Assembly: GCA_905178155.1 (NCBI GenBank)
Contig: CAJINV010000004.1
Coordinates: 156,969 to 220,968 of the forward strand
DNA length: 64,000 nucleotides
Direction: 5' to 3'
Origin: Amoebophrya sp. A120
Lineage: Eukaryota > Protista > Dinoflagellata
A program made the translations under genes and the position numbers. The notes under the pieces were generated by a model. The model ran no database searches. It saw only the letters and a list, made by a program, of their open reading frames with translations, and was not told the origin of the DNA. Below are positions 61,403 through 64,000 of this stretch, piece by piece (position 1 is the stretch's first letter; every line of letters begins with the position of its first letter).

Positions 61403-64000
61403 TATGACTTGCAAATATGTCTGGGCCAGGACGAAAGGCAAGCGAATTCTGCATAGTGTCCATGTAGAACATGCGTGCACTCCGCGTCCGCCAGAGGGGG
61501 ATGGGAAAACGAACAAGGGGAGGAACTGTAGGGGCCACAGAATTTATAACGCATTGAAGCACAAAACAAGCGTCGAGAAGCGGACGGCGCAACGAAAAGG
61601 CGCGAAATTGTACTGCCGGGCCACATTCACAGGAGGCAGGGACCGGCAGGGTCGCTGCGCCAACCCGCCATGGGCTGGGTGCTCTTTTCGGGCTCTTTGA
61701 GGCCAATTGTCACTCCTGCTACGGCGAAGAAGTGGCGCAAAGAAGGCAATGTGTGTTTTCCCAAGAGGAGGCGATCGCGGCCGAACAGCCAAGCCCGACG
61801 CTGTCGGCGCGATTACACATCACAGCAGTTCCAACCTTCAGGCCCATACTTTTCCCTTCTTCGTCTTTCCGGGCGTTAAAAGTGGAACCAGAGGCCGCAA
61901 ATCCATCGCGGGCGTCTGAGTAAATCCATCCGAACCACATCAGGGGCCTCCGACTTCGGAGCGGCCTGCTGGCTCTCGCGCGGCGTGGCCCGTGAATGTT
62001 TCAAAGCAGGGACCGCTACTGGGCCGATTGTCTTCGCCCAGATTGCTGCTTCCATGTCCCCGCGCCACCTGGCTGCGACATACGGCAAGAGGGATGGGTC
62101 TGCGGCGTTGTGTTTTCAAATGAGGGCTGGCTGGGGAGGGATGGTCGGAGAGGGTTGGTCGGAGAGGGTTGGTTGGAGAGGGTTGGCAGATATTTTTTTT
62201 TCAAGCTTTTGGCAGTATTCAAACGACGTCAGAATCACGCACGTGATTTGTGTACAGTAGATTTAATCTGCATGGTATGGTCAATTGGATGCTGCTCCTA
62301 TACGCCACTTTCTAAAAGAAAAACGGCGTACAGGAGCATGCTTCGCTTCACCATACCATGCGGGAAAAATCTACTGTACAGAAACAAGTCGCGTGTTTTC
62401 GGCGGTCTGAAAGCTAGAAGTCGAGCCCTGCAAAAAATTTTTGCAGACCTCGCGAGCATTTTTTTCGCAAGAAAATGTCGCGGCTTTTTCCCGCTGGCAA
62501 CGATCTGCGTGTCGGAGATCTCGCCGCGCGGGTTGTGAAGCTGATCAGCCCAAGGGAGAAACTGCCTCCGTGCGTGAACGCTACAAAAGGCCAAAACTAG
62601 CCAGCGCATCGAGTTGGAAACTAGGTCTGCCAGCTTGCCCAAATGCATTAGCGGCTGCTTTCAAAAAGTCGAGAACCAAATCAAACACAGCCGCCCACTG
62701 ACTAGTCTCTCACCCAAAACAAAACTGCCTAATTTCGTCAATCGGCCGGGCAGGCTCATTGTTGTATCCTCCTCGGTGTATCTCCTGTCGCATGTCCCCG
62801 CCCAGAAATGCGCGCAATGCGGCGCAGGGTCGGCACAGTTAGACGCCCCTGTCCCGAAATTTAATAGCGATGCATGTTGTGCCGCGGTCGTTATGAGTCG
62901 AGGGAGGGGGCGACAGGCGAAGGCTTTCCGGGAAGAATGTTAAAGACGCTAGCTGGTTAGAGAAAGCTACTGCAGCGCCGTGAGTCCGGATCTCACTAGC
63001 AATACCATGCCGGGTAGATGTATTCAGTCGGCAGCACCCGAGAAAGCTGCAGCCTTTTTTTTTTCGAAGCCGCGTTTCTTTTCAATTTTGCATGACAAAC
63101 AATGGCGATTTGTACGAGTGCAGGAAATTTACTATGGATACCTTCTACGGCGAGGAAGTGGCGCAAAGAAGGCAGGGCACAATGCGAAAGGGAGCGCCAG
63201 TAGAAGCACGCAAGGGGTGGCCGGGGCCTGTGGGGTCATTCAAACAAAGAAAGCAACGGCCCCGCCCGGCTAGCCACACTCCAGCTTGGCCACAGCCACC
63301 CGAGGGCACAAGGAGGGGAAGGCGCCGTGGGTGGCGACGTGCCACGCAGAGGAAGTAAGGCCCCGGGGGAAAATGCGAACCCCCCCGGGCCTTGCAGACC
63401 AGACCTTGTCGGAAGGCAGCGACCACAGAAGATGGGACAAATTTCAAAGATATGGCTTTTCCCGGCCCCGCCAACCGGGAGAGAAGGGGCGGGGGCAAAT
63501 TAGAAGGGCGCCAAGCCTGCCACCTCCGGCGCGCTGCTTCCGTGCGCCCGGCCCCCTCGCCGGCTACTAGTAAGGTGCCACGCTCGGCGAACTAGCCCCG
63601 CGCGGTCTTTTTTGCTAGCAACATGAGCGCCGCGCGGGCTTCTGTGGCTAAGTACGCTAGTCGCGGCCGTTGCCATCGTTGGGCGCTTTTTGCTAGTCGT
63701 TGCCACCAATGGCAAACACACCTCAGATTCTGTTTTTGGTTAGTCCCGTCGGTAGCCACTTTGTGCGCCCGCTGTCTACTCATAGTCAAGATCTTCAACC
63801 TCAAGCCCACTCGCTGACTAGTTCAGCCCTACTGCGCTCCGATCCCATTTTCTCAACTTTTTCACCCCCATCGCTGCCCAGTACCAGGCCGGCTGCCTGT
63901 GTCCGCAAAAACTGATTAGTCACTTTTTTTGACTTGTAAAGAAGGCGAGCGGTTCTGCATAGTTCACGACACATCAAAAATCTGTGTTGAGCCCGAAAAG
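61403..64000. mobile_element. Family A-like introner with ~2.5-kb insert; right end outside the window
   Basis: TATGACTTGCAAATATGTCTGGG at 61403; AAGGC.AGCG..TTCTGCATAGT recurs at about 61435 and 63942. Confidence 0.6.

Overview
Eukaryotic genomic DNA. The architecture matches what is described for the parasitic dinoflagellate Amoebophrya (Syndiniales); this is an inference. The six-frame ORF track is largely misleading because the real genes, all on the + strand, are split by about 90 non-autonomous elements. These are mostly 110-400 bp, and up to 2.3 kb when they carry nested inserts. Typically an element starts TAT, ends ATA, has family-specific terminal inverted repeats (TIRs) of about 20-35 bp and is flanked by a 5-bp direct repeat (target-site duplication, TSD). 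Deleting 'element + 5 nt' by hand restores long stop-free frames. The main result is a ~1,400-aa secreted PAN/Apple-domain protein (20509-54486) with 57 such introns and no conventional intron. The same rule recovers a His/Gln/Gly-rich protein (~1880-10132), the end of a gene at <427-1275 and the start of a PAN-gene paralog at 60072. The elements occur in both orientations within one gene, often cannot give GT-AG ends, share one ~10-bp motif across unrelated families, create exons as short as 1 nt, and nest inside each other. Together this points to a structure- or distance-guided intron-removal system. Introner-type introns with inverted and direct repeats are already reported for Amoebophrya; the detailed rules given here are read from the sequence and need RNA confirmation. 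No transposase is recognisable in the window.
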